Below are positions 19,395 to 30,915 of a DNA stretch of 64,000 bases, piece by piece. The first letter of the stretch is position 1, and each line of letters begins with the position of its first letter. The notes beneath the pieces are model-generated. The model made no database searches. It worked only from the letters and a program-made list of their open reading frames with translations, and was not told where the DNA came from. The DNA is from Verrucomicrobiota bacterium (GTDB taxonomy: Bacteria > Verrucomicrobiota > Verrucomicrobiia > Limisphaerales > CANJSG01), in assembly GCA_038209745.1 (NCBI GenBank), contig JBBQXJ010000009.1, positions 10,499 through 74,498 on the forward strand. Direction: 5' to 3'. The translations under genes were made by a program, and so were the position numbers.

Positions 19395-20621
19395 TCAGGC
19401 CTGGAGCAAGCCGACCACGTCCACGCCCTTCAGCTCGAAGAGCCGGCGAATGGTGTCCTCGATCAGGTTGTTCGGGCACGACGCACCGGCGGTGATGCCG
19501 ACGGTGATCTCTCCAACGGGCAGCCAGTCGCGGGTCTCGACCTCTTCCTTGATGTGCTGGTTGTAGTGCCGGATCAACCCGCCGGATTCCATCATCGCGG
19601 CGTTCTTGATGAAGTAGGTCGGGAGAATGGCCTCGCCCATCTCGGCCAGATGCGAGGTGTTGGAAGAATTGTAGCCGCCGACGACGATCAACAGGTTCAT
19701 CGACTCCTTGAAGAGCTTCTCCAGCGCGTCCTGCCGGTCCTGGGTCGCTCCACAGATCGTGTCGAAGAAGCGGAAATGACTGGGCACTTCCGGCTCGCTG
19801 TAGCGCTTCACGATGGCGGTGCGGAATCGGCGCTGCACCTCCTCCGTCTCGCCGCGCAGCATGGTCGTCTGGTTGGCCACCCCGATCGCCTTGAGATGAA
19901 GGTCGGGATCGAATCCGTCCGAATAGGCTCCCTCGAACTTCTTGAGGAACTCCTCCTTGTCGCCACCCTCGACGATGTAGCGGCAGACGTAGTCGGTCTC
20001 GTCGAGATTGTAGACCACGAGGTAGTGGCTGTTGCCGGCGGTCGCCTGGGAACTCGTGGCCTTGGTCTCCTCGTGCCACGCCTTGCCGTGGATGATGCTC
20101 GTGATCTTCTCCAAGGAATATTCACGGACCCGGCGCCAGACACGCATCACGTCGCCGCAAGTGGTGTCGACGATCTCGCAGCCCTTGGACTGGAGCTTGA
20201 TCCGGGTGGCCACCTCGGTGCCGAAAGCGGGGATGATGACGACATCTCCGGGCTTCACCACGCCGAGATCCTCGTCCGTCGGCTTACCGGGGATGCTCTT
20301 GATCCCCATGTTCCGGATCTGGTCGTTGACCTCGGGGTTGTGGATGATCTCGCCGAGGAGATGGATGGGATGCGGCTCCGGAAAGACCTTGCGGGCGGCA
20401 TAGGCGAGATCGATGGCGCGCTCCACGCCGTAGCAGAAGCCGAACTCCTTCGCCAAACGGATGGTGATCTTGCCGGGAGCGGTGAGCTGGGAGCCGTTCG
20501 CCCGGATGCGGTCCACGAGCTCGCTCCGGTAATGGGACAGCACCTGGGCCTGGACGACCTGCATCACGTCCGGCCGCCGGAGATTGATCTTTTTGGGCTT
20601 ACTAGGCTCGTCAGAAGACAT
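19395..20621 (-). CDS. ispH: 4-hydroxy-3-methylbut-2-enyl diphosphate reductase (long form)
   Basis: FGFCYGVERA, IIHNP, DTTC, HEET, NQTTM, TICGATQDRQ, SSNT.HL, TAGASCP. Confidence 0.96.
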   Translation of the reverse strand: MSSDEPSKPKKINLRRPDVMQVVQAQVLSHYRSELVDRIRANGSQLTAPGKITIRLAKEFGFCYGVERAIDLAYAARKVFPEPHPIHLLGEIIHNPEVNDQIRNMGIKSIPGKPTDEDLGVVKPGDVVIIPAFGTEVATRIKLQSKGCEIVDTTCGDVMRVWRRVREYSLEKITSIIHGKAWHEETKATSSQATAGNSHYLVVYNLDETDYVCRYIVEGGDKEEFLKKFEGAYSDGFDPDLHLKAIGVANQTTMLRGETEEVQRRFRTAIVKRYSEPEVPSHFRFFDTICGATQDRQDALEKLFKESMNLLIVVGGYNSSNTSHLAEMGEAILPTYFIKNAAMMESGGLIRHYNQHIKEEVETRDWLPVGEITVGITAGASCPNNLIEDTIRRLFELKGVDVVGLLQA

Positions 20622-20730
20622 GTGAACCAGAGACTAACAGCGGACCAAGGTGCGTCCACGTCGAAGTTGCCGCCCCAAAAACCGGGCGGGCACTGGCAAA
20701 CGTTCTCTTTTTGGGGCAGCCTCCAGAGCG

Positions 20731-23067
20731 ATGCGACACTGGTGGATCCTGCTCTCCTTCGGCCTGAGTCTTCAGGCCGCCGAAAGCTTTTCGCCGGAAG
20801 GGCTCGAGTTCTTTGAGAAGCGCATCCGCCCCGTCCTCGTCGCCAATTGCTACGAATGCCACAGCGCCGAACAGGCCAAACGCAAAGGCGGCCTTCTGCT
20901 CGATTCGCGGGCGTCCCTCTTGGCCGGAGGCGATACCGGACCCGCCGCCGTGGTCGGCCAACCCGAGAACAGCCTCCTCGTCCGCGCCATTCACCGGGTC
21001 GACAGCGACCTCAAAATGCCGCCGAAGAAGAATCTCCAGCCGGACCAGATCCGCGACTTCGAAGCTTGGATCCGCATGGGCCTGCCCGATCCCCGCATCG
21101 CGTCCGCGCCGACAACCCAAACCCAGGCCACCTCCCGCGACGCCGCGTCAGAGCGCAAGTTCTGGTCCTACCAACCCATACGCGATCCCGCGCCACCCGT
21201 CTCCCTCAGCGCCGGATTGGGCCGCAATCCCGTCGACCAGTTCATCCTCGCCACTCTGGATGCCCGCGGCCTCAGCCCGAATCCCGAGGCCGACCGGACC
21301 ACCTTGATCCGACGGGTGACATTCGACCTTACGGGCCTTCCGCCGACTCCAACGGAGATCGACGCGTTCCTTCGGGATCCGTCTTCGAACGCCTATGAGC
21401 AGCTGGTTGATCGACTGCTGGATTCTCCCCGGTTCGGCGAACAGTTCGGCCGCCACTGGCTCGATCTCGTCCGATATGCCGACACGGCGGGCGACAGCTC
21501 AGACTACCCGATTCCCCAGGCGGCCCGATATCGCGACTACGTGGTGGACTCCTTCAACGAGGACAAGCCCTACGACCAGTTCCTCCGTGAACAAATCGCC
21601 GGCGATCTTCTGCCTTGGACCGATCAAGCCGAGCGCAACGAGCATCTCGTCGCCACCGGCTTCATCGCCCTCTCCCGCCGTTTCGGCACAGACGAGGGCC
21701 AGTTCGAACTCACGATCGACGACACCATCGACACCTTTTCCAAGTCGCTTCTCGGCCTGTCCGTCAGCTGCGCGCGCTGTCACGACCATAAGTTCGACGC
21801 CATCTCCCAGCGCGACTACTACGCGCTCTACGGGATCTTCAAGAGCACCCGTTATCCGTTCCCCGGCGCCGAGACGGACCAGCGTCCGCACGATCTCGTG
21901 CCGCTCTTCGCACAGGAGACGGTCGACCGACTGCTGAAGCCAACCCGCGACCCGCTGGCGCGGCTCGACGAGACGATCAAGAAGCTCAATGCGGAAAAAC
22001 CTGCCGGCGAATCGTCAGCGGACGAATTGAACCGTCTGGTGCAACGGCGCCGCCAACTGCGCGACGAACAGCCGCTCATCCCGAGCGCCTTCGCCGTGGC
22101 CGAGGGACACGCGGCCGACGCTCCCATCTTCCTGCGCGGAGAGAAGTGGCGCATCGGCGACTCCGTGCCGCGCGGGTTCCTCGCCGTTCTCGGCGGCCAG
22201 ACCCTGCCTCCCGGCTCGACCCAAAGCGGCCGGCTCGAACTGGCCCAATGGGTCACCGCGCCGGACAATCCCCTCACCGCCCGCGTCATGGCCAACCGAG
22301 TCTGGCAATGGCTCCTCGGTCGCGGCCTTGTCGCCACGCCCAACGACTTCGGCCGTCGGGGCCGTGCGCCCACCCATCCCGAACTCCTCGACTTCCTCGC
22401 GTCGCGCCTGTCGCAAGACGGTGGGTCGGTGAAGCGGCTGGCCCGCCTCGTCGCCACGTCCCGCACCTATCGCCAGAGCAGCGCCGCCTACGGGCCCAAT
22501 CTCCTCGCCGATCCGGACAACGCCCTGCTTTGGCGCTTCAACCGCCGGCGTCTCTCGGCCGAAGAGCTTCGCGACGGCGCGCTCTCCGCCGCCGGAACGC
22601 TGGATCTGGATCCGGGCGTCACCCACCCGTTCCCACCGACGAGCGAGTGGAACTTCACCCAGCACTTCCAGTTCACGGCCAACTACCCGACCGACAAACG
22701 TTCCCTCTATCTGATGCAGCAGCGCATCCAGCGGCAGCCCTTCCTCGCGCTCTTCGACGGGGCCGATCCCAATGCCAGCACACCCGACCGGCCCCCGACC
22801 ACCAGTCCGCTGCAAGCCCTGTATTTCCTGAACAGCCCGCGCGCCCACGAATTGTCCACCGCCTTCGCCGACCGCGTCCTGCGCGACGCCCACAATCCCG
22901 CGGACCAGATCGATCTCGCCTGGAAACTGGCCTTCGGTCGGACTCCGACAGGAGACGAACAGGCCCGGACTTTGGACTACCTCACCCAGGCCCCATCCAC
23001 CCGGACCGCATGGGAAAGCCTCGCCCGCGCCCTCCTCGCCTCGAACGAATTCGCCTTCATCGACTGA
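20731..23067 (+). CDS. Planctomycete cytochrome c / DUF1549 (PSCyt2) / DUF1553 (PSD1) protein
   Basis: CYECH and CARCHDHK heme motifs; DLTGLPPT, WLDLVRYADT, NPLTARV.ANRVWQ, PTHPELLD, NEF.FID. Confidence 0.92.
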   Translation: MRHWWILLSFGLSLQAAESFSPEGLEFFEKRIRPVLVANCYECHSAEQAKRKGGLLLDSRASLLAGGDTGPAAVVGQPENSLLVRAIHRVDSDLKMPPKKNLQPDQIRDFEAWIRMGLPDPRIASAPTTQTQATSRDAASERKFWSYQPIRDPAPPVSLSAGLGRNPVDQFILATLDARGLSPNPEADRTTLIRRVTFDLTGLPPTPTEIDAFLRDPSSNAYEQLVDRLLDSPRFGEQFGRHWLDLVRYADTAGDSSDYPIPQAARYRDYVVDSFNEDKPYDQFLREQIAGDLLPWTDQAERNEHLVATGFIALSRRFGTDEGQFELTIDDTIDTFSKSLLGLSVSCARCHDHKFDAISQRDYYALYGIFKSTRYPFPGAETDQRPHDLVPLFAQETVDRLLKPTRDPLARLDETIKKLNAEKPAGESSADELNRLVQRRRQLRDEQPLIPSAFAVAEGHAADAPIFLRGEKWRIGDSVPRGFLAVLGGQTLPPGSTQSGRLELAQWVTAPDNPLTARVMANRVWQWLLGRGLVATPNDFGRRGRAPTHPELLDFLASRLSQDGGSVKRLARLVATSRTYRQSSAAYGPNLLADPDNALLWRFNRRRLSAEELRDGALSAAGTLDLDPGVTHPFPPTSEWNFTQHFQFTANYPTDKRSLYLMQQRIQRQPFLALFDGADPNASTPDRPPTTSPLQALYFLNSPRAHELSTAFADRVLRDAHNPADQIDLAWKLAFGRTPTGDEQARTLDYLTQAPSTRTAWESLARALLASNEFAFID

Positions 23068-23148
23068 GAGCCAACTGCCTGCATCCACGGCGGAGGCCGG
23101 GGTTTTCCCGACTGGAAATGTGGTCATCCTTCTGCAACTTTTACCCCC

Positions 23149-24075
23149 ATGTTGTCGCGCCGCTGCCGAGCCCTGCTTGCCGCCATGGTGTATTGGACCG
23201 CCCTCGTCGTGCCCCTGCACGCCGCCGGAACCCTCGCCCAGTTCCGCACGGTCCTGGGCGACATCGAAGTGGAACTGATGGACGCGGACAAGCCGGTCAC
23301 CACCGCCAATTTCATCCGCTACGTGCAGACCGGCGCCTACACCAACATGTTCCTCCACCGCTGCATCCCGGGCTTCATCGTCCAGGGCGGCGGTTTCGCC
23401 ATCACGAACGGCATCGCCAACACGAACTACTTCTACGCCTACGCCGATGTCACGAACTACGGGGCCATCACCAATGAGTATCGGGTCGGCCCCCTGGTCT
23501 CCAACACCTACGGAACCATCGCCATGGCCAAGATCGGCACCGACCCGAATTCCGCCTCGTCCCAGTGGTTCTTCAATCTCGGAAACAATTCCACCAATCT
23601 GGACAACCAGAACGGCGGGTTCACCGTTTTCGGCCGCGTGGTTGACGGCACCAATGTGTTGGAAAACTTCAACGCCCGAAAAAAGACCAATCCGTCCGGC
23701 ACCGCCGTGGTTGCCAACGGAATCGTCGACCTGACCTGGTGGTTCCCGCACAGCCAAGCCGCCATGCTCTTCAGCGACCTGCCCGTCACCTACGACAGCT
23801 CGGCCGATCCCAACAACACCCCCTTTCCCAACTACGACACCCTCGTCTATGCCGATGTGACCCTGCTGGAGGTGAAGGTGACCTCCAGCGCCGGAGGCCG
23901 GGAGATCTCGTGGAACAGCGTCAACAACCAGGTGAACCAGGTGGAGTTCACCACGAGCTTTCCGCCCGTCTGGCAATCGCTCGTGTCCACCAACGGGGAC
24001 GGCAATCGCTATTCAGTGACCGACACCAACACCGCCGGCCCCTCCCGCTTCTATCGGATCCGGGCGGACTTCTAG
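23149..24075 (+). CDS. Secreted cyclophilin-type peptidyl-prolyl isomerase with verrucomicrobial C-terminal domain
   Basis: Signal peptide; HR.IPGFIVQGGG, GTIAMA, SASSQWFFNL, LD, VFGRV; ends RFYRIRADF. Confidence 0.9.
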   Translation: MLSRRCRALLAAMVYWTALVVPLHAAGTLAQFRTVLGDIEVELMDADKPVTTANFIRYVQTGAYTNMFLHRCIPGFIVQGGGFAITNGIANTNYFYAYADVTNYGAITNEYRVGPLVSNTYGTIAMAKIGTDPNSASSQWFFNLGNNSTNLDNQNGGFTVFGRVVDGTNVLENFNARKKTNPSGTAVVANGIVDLTWWFPHSQAAMLFSDLPVTYDSSADPNNTPFPNYDTLVYADVTLLEVKVTSSAGGREISWNSVNNQVNQVEFTTSFPPVWQSLVSTNGDGNRYSVTDTNTAGPSRFYRIRADF

Positions 24076-24155
24076 CCAGTTGAAGAAATGGCGAGGCCGT
24101 GTTGTTCAAGGCCGGAGGGCACGGGCACACCGGCTCCGACTTTTCTTAAACCGCT

Positions 24156-26255
24156 CTAGTCGGGCCGTTTGCCGTTCGAAACCGGCAACCACCTCACCGC
24201 GTCGGCCACGACATGCCCGGTCGTCCCGTCGGTCCGGAGCCGGAGCACGGCATTGGTGCCCGCGACAAAATTCGTCGTCAGCAAGGTCGCCCACTGTCCA
24301 TTCTTCACCGTCTGATCGACATGGATCGTGGTCGTGCCGCCCGGATGCACCACGTCCACCGGAACCCGTTTCGCCCGGTGGTAGCTCGCCGTCCATCGCA
24401 TCTGCACGGAGTAGACTCCGTTTGATGGCAGGTTCGGCCGGTAGGTGACGCTCTTGGTTCCCTTGCCCTCGCCGAGATCGTGCAGGTATTCGTCTCCCCA
24501 GAATCCCTCGATGGAATGGCTGCCTTCCCACCGGCCTTCCAGAACGACGCGCCGATCGCGTTCGTCCAAAATGATTCCTTCCGCCGAAGCATCGCCGCCC
24601 GAACCCCACGTCAGAATCTGGCCATCCTTCACCAGTCGGGCGGCCAGCTTTGCGTAGTCCACCTTTTGCACCGCCACCCCGTCGTCGATCGCCAAGACGG
24701 CGGCCGTCGCCGCCGATTGCCCCGCCATCATGAAGACCGGCTCCATGCGGGTGGATCCGAACGCGATGTGGGTCGCGGAGAGGGCGAAGGTGACGAAGAG
24801 GTTCCCGCACTCGCCGGGTTTCGGCACGATCGAGCGATAGGAGATCGGATACGGCCGTGGCACGCCGATCTGGACATCGCCTTCGTTGATGGCGAACCCG
24901 TCCTTCACCCCGCGCTGGATGTTGTGCGAATCCATGTTGTAGGAACCGAGACAGACAGAATCCTCCGCCACCCGCCGGCTCAGACAGTCGGCCTGCGTGA
25001 CCACGTAGTCGCTCACCATCCGGCGCGCTTCCCGCACATAGATCTGAGAGGAATAGCCACCGGTATCCTGCCATTCGTCGCGACACGGCCCCCACGACCC
25101 GATCTCGTGGCGGAGACTCGCGGGCGACCGGGGACTGGTCTCCAAGAAGTGGATCAACCCCTGGATGTAGTCCAGGTGTTCACGATCCATCCGCGCGCGC
25201 TCGACGTAGGTGTTCGTCGGATAGGTCCAGTTCATCCCGAGGTAGTCGGTGGAGAACGGCCCGTTGTTGTTCATGTCCGTCTTGCCGTTCGGCATGCCCC
25301 TGACGCTCAGAAAGTCCGCCATCTTCGGCGGGGTCCCGGTGGCGGCCTCGGCGTCGAGCAAACGGCCCAAAAGCTCGAAGCGCGCAGGATCGTAGTTCGG
25401 CGGCACGGCGTTCGGCCGCCGGTTCGTCGGATTCTGGGTGAAGCACAGACGGAAGTTGTAGGCTTGGATGCGAACGTCTCCATCGCCGGGCCGGCCGCCG
25501 TCGCCCGGTTGAATGAAGGGCAGCAGGCCGCTCGCTGGATTTCCCGGGACGACGTAGGGATCCACCTTTACCGCGAACTGGTGCTTCGGCGTCTTTTCCC
25601 GGATGCCGTTCAACGATTCCCCGAAGGTGGCCACGCTCTCGCGGCCGAAGGTGAAGGACACGCCCGCCATGGCCAGCAGATCCCCCTCGTAGGTCGCGTC
25701 GATGAACATCCGGGCGCGATAGACGGTGCCGTCCTCCATCGTGATCTGCGTGATGCGGTCGCCCGACTTTTGCACCGAGGCGAAACGCTGGTTCCAACGC
25801 GGTTCCACCCCGGTCTCCTTCAACCACGCCGCATAGATGTCCGAAGCCACGTGCGGCTCGAAGACGAAGGTCTCCTTCAAGCCATAGTGCCGGCCCGCCC
25901 GCTGATAGAACTCACGGGCAATCCCGCCGATGCTCGGCACCCGCCCCACGTCCGTCGCGCCCAACCCGCCAGAGGTCAGCCCACCAAGATGGGAGTCGAA
26001 CACCGCGAGGGAAACCGTCTTGCCCATGCGCGCCACTTGAATGGCCGAAGCGATCCCTCCCGAAGTACCTCCATAGACGCAGACATCCGTCTCGACGACC
26101 GCCGCCACCGCCGCCGCACCGCTGCCGACCAAAAACGCCAGTGCGATCAACACCCGGAGCCACGGCAAAAACCCTCCAGAAACCACGGTCGATCTGGGGT
26201 AGGAATCCAGCGTCCGCCGACGGCGATCAGTATTGAAAGAGTCCATTCGCGTCAT
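24156..26255 (-). CDS. Secreted FAD-dependent oxidoreductase (xanthan-lyase-associated type) with golvesin-like C-terminal domain
   Basis: DVCVYGGTSGG, FIDATYEGDL, YVREARRM, ATHIAFGSTRMEPVFM; C-terminal beta domain ending VVADAVRW. Confidence 0.85.
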   Translation of the reverse strand: MTRMDSFNTDRRRRTLDSYPRSTVVSGGFLPWLRVLIALAFLVGSGAAAVAAVVETDVCVYGGTSGGIASAIQVARMGKTVSLAVFDSHLGGLTSGGLGATDVGRVPSIGGIAREFYQRAGRHYGLKETFVFEPHVASDIYAAWLKETGVEPRWNQRFASVQKSGDRITQITMEDGTVYRARMFIDATYEGDLLAMAGVSFTFGRESVATFGESLNGIREKTPKHQFAVKVDPYVVPGNPASGLLPFIQPGDGGRPGDGDVRIQAYNFRLCFTQNPTNRRPNAVPPNYDPARFELLGRLLDAEAATGTPPKMADFLSVRGMPNGKTDMNNNGPFSTDYLGMNWTYPTNTYVERARMDREHLDYIQGLIHFLETSPRSPASLRHEIGSWGPCRDEWQDTGGYSSQIYVREARRMVSDYVVTQADCLSRRVAEDSVCLGSYNMDSHNIQRGVKDGFAINEGDVQIGVPRPYPISYRSIVPKPGECGNLFVTFALSATHIAFGSTRMEPVFMMAGQSAATAAVLAIDDGVAVQKVDYAKLAARLVKDGQILTWGSGGDASAEGIILDERDRRVVLEGRWEGSHSIEGFWGDEYLHDLGEGKGTKSVTYRPNLPSNGVYSVQMRWTASYHRAKRVPVDVVHPGGTTTIHVDQTVKNGQWATLLTTNFVAGTNAVLRLRTDGTTGHVVADAVRWLPVSNGKRPD

Positions 26256-26389
26256 GCATCGATGAAGAAGTTTCCCCCAGTCTCAGGAAATGAGGCCATC
26301 GCGTCGACTCCGCAGGTGGGACCGCGTGGGCCGCCACGCGACGAACCGCAGTTGTCCCGGACCGGGTTTCCGCTAGGCTGCGCGCCGAC

Positions 26390-28222
26390 ATGTCCGCCCG
26401 AAGTTTCTCGACCGACTCGCCGTTCGCCGCCCGTTCCCGCACTTCCTGGGAGGTCGTGCGGCGCGTGACCCGCTATATCCGCCCCTACAAGCGGTTTGCC
26501 TTTGGCACCATCGGCTGCGCGATCCTCTCGCTGGCCGCCTCCTTCGCCTTTCCCCTGCTCACCCAATACGTCATCAACGACGTCATCGGCCAGCAACGCG
26601 CCGACCTTCTGGCGCCGGCCATCATCGGAGTGATCGTGGCCTTCCTCGTCCGCGACGTGTTCAACGCGATCCGCATCCAGATCAACAACCACTTCGAGCA
26701 GCACGTCATCTTCGACATGCGCCGCGAGATCTACGGCAGGCTCCAACGTCTGCCCGCCGGCTACTTCGACAACCACGCTTCGGGTGATCTGATGACGCGC
26801 GTCCTCGAGGACGTGAACGCCGTGGAGCGCCTCCTGATCGACGGCACGGAACAAGGAACCGTCGCGATCCTCGGAATCCTCGGCGTCACCGGCATCCTGC
26901 TTTGGCAGAATCCGATCCTTGCCGGCGTGGCCATGGTCCCCATCCCCTTCCTCGTCGCCGGCGCGCTCTGGTATACCCTCACCGCCCACAAGCGCTACCG
27001 CATCCAGCGGCAATCCTCTTCCGCCATGAACGCCCTGCTGATGGACAATCTCCAGGGCGTGCGGGCGATCAAGTCCTTCGGTCGTGAAGCCCACGAGGAC
27101 GGTCGTTTCGCCGAGAAGGCGGAGGGCCTTCGCCAAGGCACGCTCGTGGTGATGAAGGCGTGGTCGTTCTACTCGCCGTCGATGGCCTTCTGCACCGCGC
27201 TCGGTTCGGCGCTGGTCCTTTGGGTCGGCGGCCGGCAGGTCATCGACGGCACGATGAAGCTCGGCGATCTCGTCGGCTTCCTCTTCTTCCTCGCCCTGTT
27301 CTACGAGCCGATCGGCCGTCTCCATGGCCTCAACCAGATGCTCCAATCCGCGCGCGCCGCCGGCGAACGCGTCTTCGACATCCTCGACGCGCCGATGGAA
27401 CGCGAGCCCGTAGGCCGGGCTTCCAGCGCGGCAAGCCCAGGCGCCAAGTGGCAGTCGAAGGGCGAAGTGGCCTTCGACCACGTGGGCTTCCACTACACCG
27501 CCGGCCAACCCGTGCTGAAGGACATTTCCCTCCACGCCCAGCCCGGCGAAATGATCGCGCTCGTCGGCCCGACCGGCGCGGGCAAGACCACCCTGGCCGC
27601 CCTGCTGCCGGCGTTCTACGAAGCCACTTCGGGCGCGATCAAGGTCGATGGTCGCGACATCCGGACGCTCTCGCTGGATGAACTCCGCGCCCAGATCAGC
27701 GTCGTTTCCCAGGAGCCGTTCCTCTTCAACGGCACCATCCGCGAGAACATCCTCTACGGCCGTCTCGACGCCTCCGAGGCCGACATGGTCTCCTCCGCCA
27801 AGGCCGCCAACTGCCACGAATTCATCAGCCGCCTGCCTGAGGGCTATGACGCCAAGGTGGGTGAACGCGGCGTGAAGCTCAGCGGCGGCGAGAAGCAACG
27901 CGTCGCCATCGCCCGTGCCCTCCTGAAGGACGCTCCGATCCTGGTGCTCGACGAAGCCACCGCCAGCGTGGACACCCAGACCGAGAAGCTGATCCAGGAA
28001 GCGCTCGAACACCTCATGGCCGGCCGCACCAGCTTCGTCATCGCCCATCGCCTGAGCACCATCCAGCACGCCGACCAGATCCTCGTGCTCAAGCACGGCC
28101 AGATCGTCGAACGTGGAAACCACGAATCGCTCCTCGCCCAGTCCGGAGTCTACGCCACGCTCTGCCGGATCCAATCGGCCCGGATGGAGGCGGAGACCTT
28201 GGAACAGACGTATCGGGAGTAA
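26390..28222 (+). CDS. ABC exporter, fused permease/ATPase (MsbA-like)
   Basis: TM domain; Walker A GPTGAGKT, LSGGEKQR, ILVLDEATASVD, IAHRLST. Confidence 0.95.
   Translation: MSARSFSTDSPFAARSRTSWEVVRRVTRYIRPYKRFAFGTIGCAILSLAASFAFPLLTQYVINDVIGQQRADLLAPAIIGVIVAFLVRDVFNAIRIQINNHFEQHVIFDMRREIYGRLQRLPAGYFDNHASGDLMTRVLEDVNAVERLLIDGTEQGTVAILGILGVTGILLWQNPILAGVAMVPIPFLVAGALWYTLTAHKRYRIQRQSSSAMNALLMDNLQGVRAIKSFGREAHEDGRFAEKAEGLRQGTLVVMKAWSFYSPSMAFCTALGSALVLWVGGRQVIDGTMKLGDLVGFLFFLALFYEPIGRLHGLNQMLQSARAAGERVFDILDAPMEREPVGRASSAASPGAKWQSKGEVAFDHVGFHYTAGQPVLKDISLHAQPGEMIALVGPTGAGKTTLAALLPAFYEATSGAIKVDGRDIRTLSLDELRAQISVVSQEPFLFNGTIRENILYGRLDASEADMVSSAKAANCHEFISRLPEGYDAKVGERGVKLSGGEKQRVAIARALLKDAPILVLDEATASVDTQTEKLIQEALEHLMAGRTSFVIAHRLSTIQHADQILVLKHGQIVERGNHESLLAQSGVYATLCRIQSARMEAETLEQTYRE
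27410..27432 (+). repeat. GTAG-type REP-like palindrome inside the ABC exporter linker
   Basis: GTAG followed by GCCGGGCT-TCC-AGCGCGGC (7/8 paired). Confidence 0.4.
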
Positions 28223-28226
28223 CCTG

Positions 28227-28353
28227 CGAAAAGTGCGAAGCCCAAAGGCCAAAGGCCGAAAGTCCCACCAACAAAAATGCCGACCCGGACTCCGTCTCCG
28301 GGATTCTAGCTTTGGTTTTGCGCCGGGCTTTGGCCTCCGCGCTCCGGACTTTC
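28227..28353. repeat. Degenerate heptamer-repeat inverted element between convergent genes
   Basis: Left arm CAAAGGC CAAAGGC CGAAAGTCC; right arm GGGCTTTGGCC...GGACTTTC (complementary ends). Confidence 0.45.
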
Positions 28354-28642
28354 AGGCGCTTCTCAGTGGCACCGGCACCATCGCCAGGCTGCCCCGGCTT
28401 CCGTCCTTGAACCGCAACCGCCCCGCCTCCGTGTCGCCTTTGAGACGGCCATCCACCTCGAAGGAATAGAACACCCAGCCTGGTTGAAGCACGAGCCGGG
28501 CGATCCACCGCCCCTTCTCCAACCGCATCGGCAAACGGCGAAGCTGTTCCTGGCCCAATCCCAGCACGAGATTGACCTTCCGAGCCGTGGCCCGGACCAG
28601 CTCGAACACCATTTCGCCGGTGGAACGATCAACATAATTCAT
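28352..28642 (-). CDS. Small CBM48/AMPK-beta-like glycogen-binding-fold protein
   Basis: A.KV.L....PM....GRW...L.L.PG...Y.F.VDG pattern. Confidence 0.6.
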   Translation of the reverse strand: MNYVDRSTGEMVFELVRATARKVNLVLGLGQEQLRRLPMRLEKGRWIARLVLQPGWVFYSFEVDGRLKGDTEAGRLRFKDGSRGSLAMVPVPLRSA

Positions 28643-28961
28643 GCTGGCTACCCTACCCGAGGATTGGTCACCGCGCCTTCGGCGGCTTGCGGAAGATTGG
28701 CGCTGGCTTGCGACGGAAAGAAAAATAGGGGGGAGCCCTGGTCGGAGACCGCAGAGCGGTTCCGGTGGATTTCTCCCCCCAGAATTGCGACGGACAGAGT
28801 TCCTCTAGCGGCTCCCGTGCCATTCCGATCCATGGGAAATGAGCCGACGTATCCGGCTGATGCCTCATGGCCAAGCCGGGACGAGGCAGGTGGAACGACG
28901 CTGAATTCCCGCTAGGCCGACTTTCTCATGGAGTTGGGCGTGGTTCCCCATGCTGCCCGAG

Positions 28962-30755
<1,794 letters not shown>

Positions 30756-30915
30756 TCGACGGAAGGTAAGATGCGACAGCGGGGCGGCGCGACAAACAGA
30801 AAATCGGCAAGCCAGCGATACCGGAGAACCGGTTCTAACGGGCAGATCCCTCGAATGGCCAGAGGACCTCCCCTTGATTGCAAAATGGCGGCACGCCTGC
30901 GTCCGCCGCGACGGA

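Noticed and set aside
28708..28798. CRISPR remnant from the two 14-bp direct repeats
   Set aside because: Only two short copies with a 63-bp gap and no cas genes
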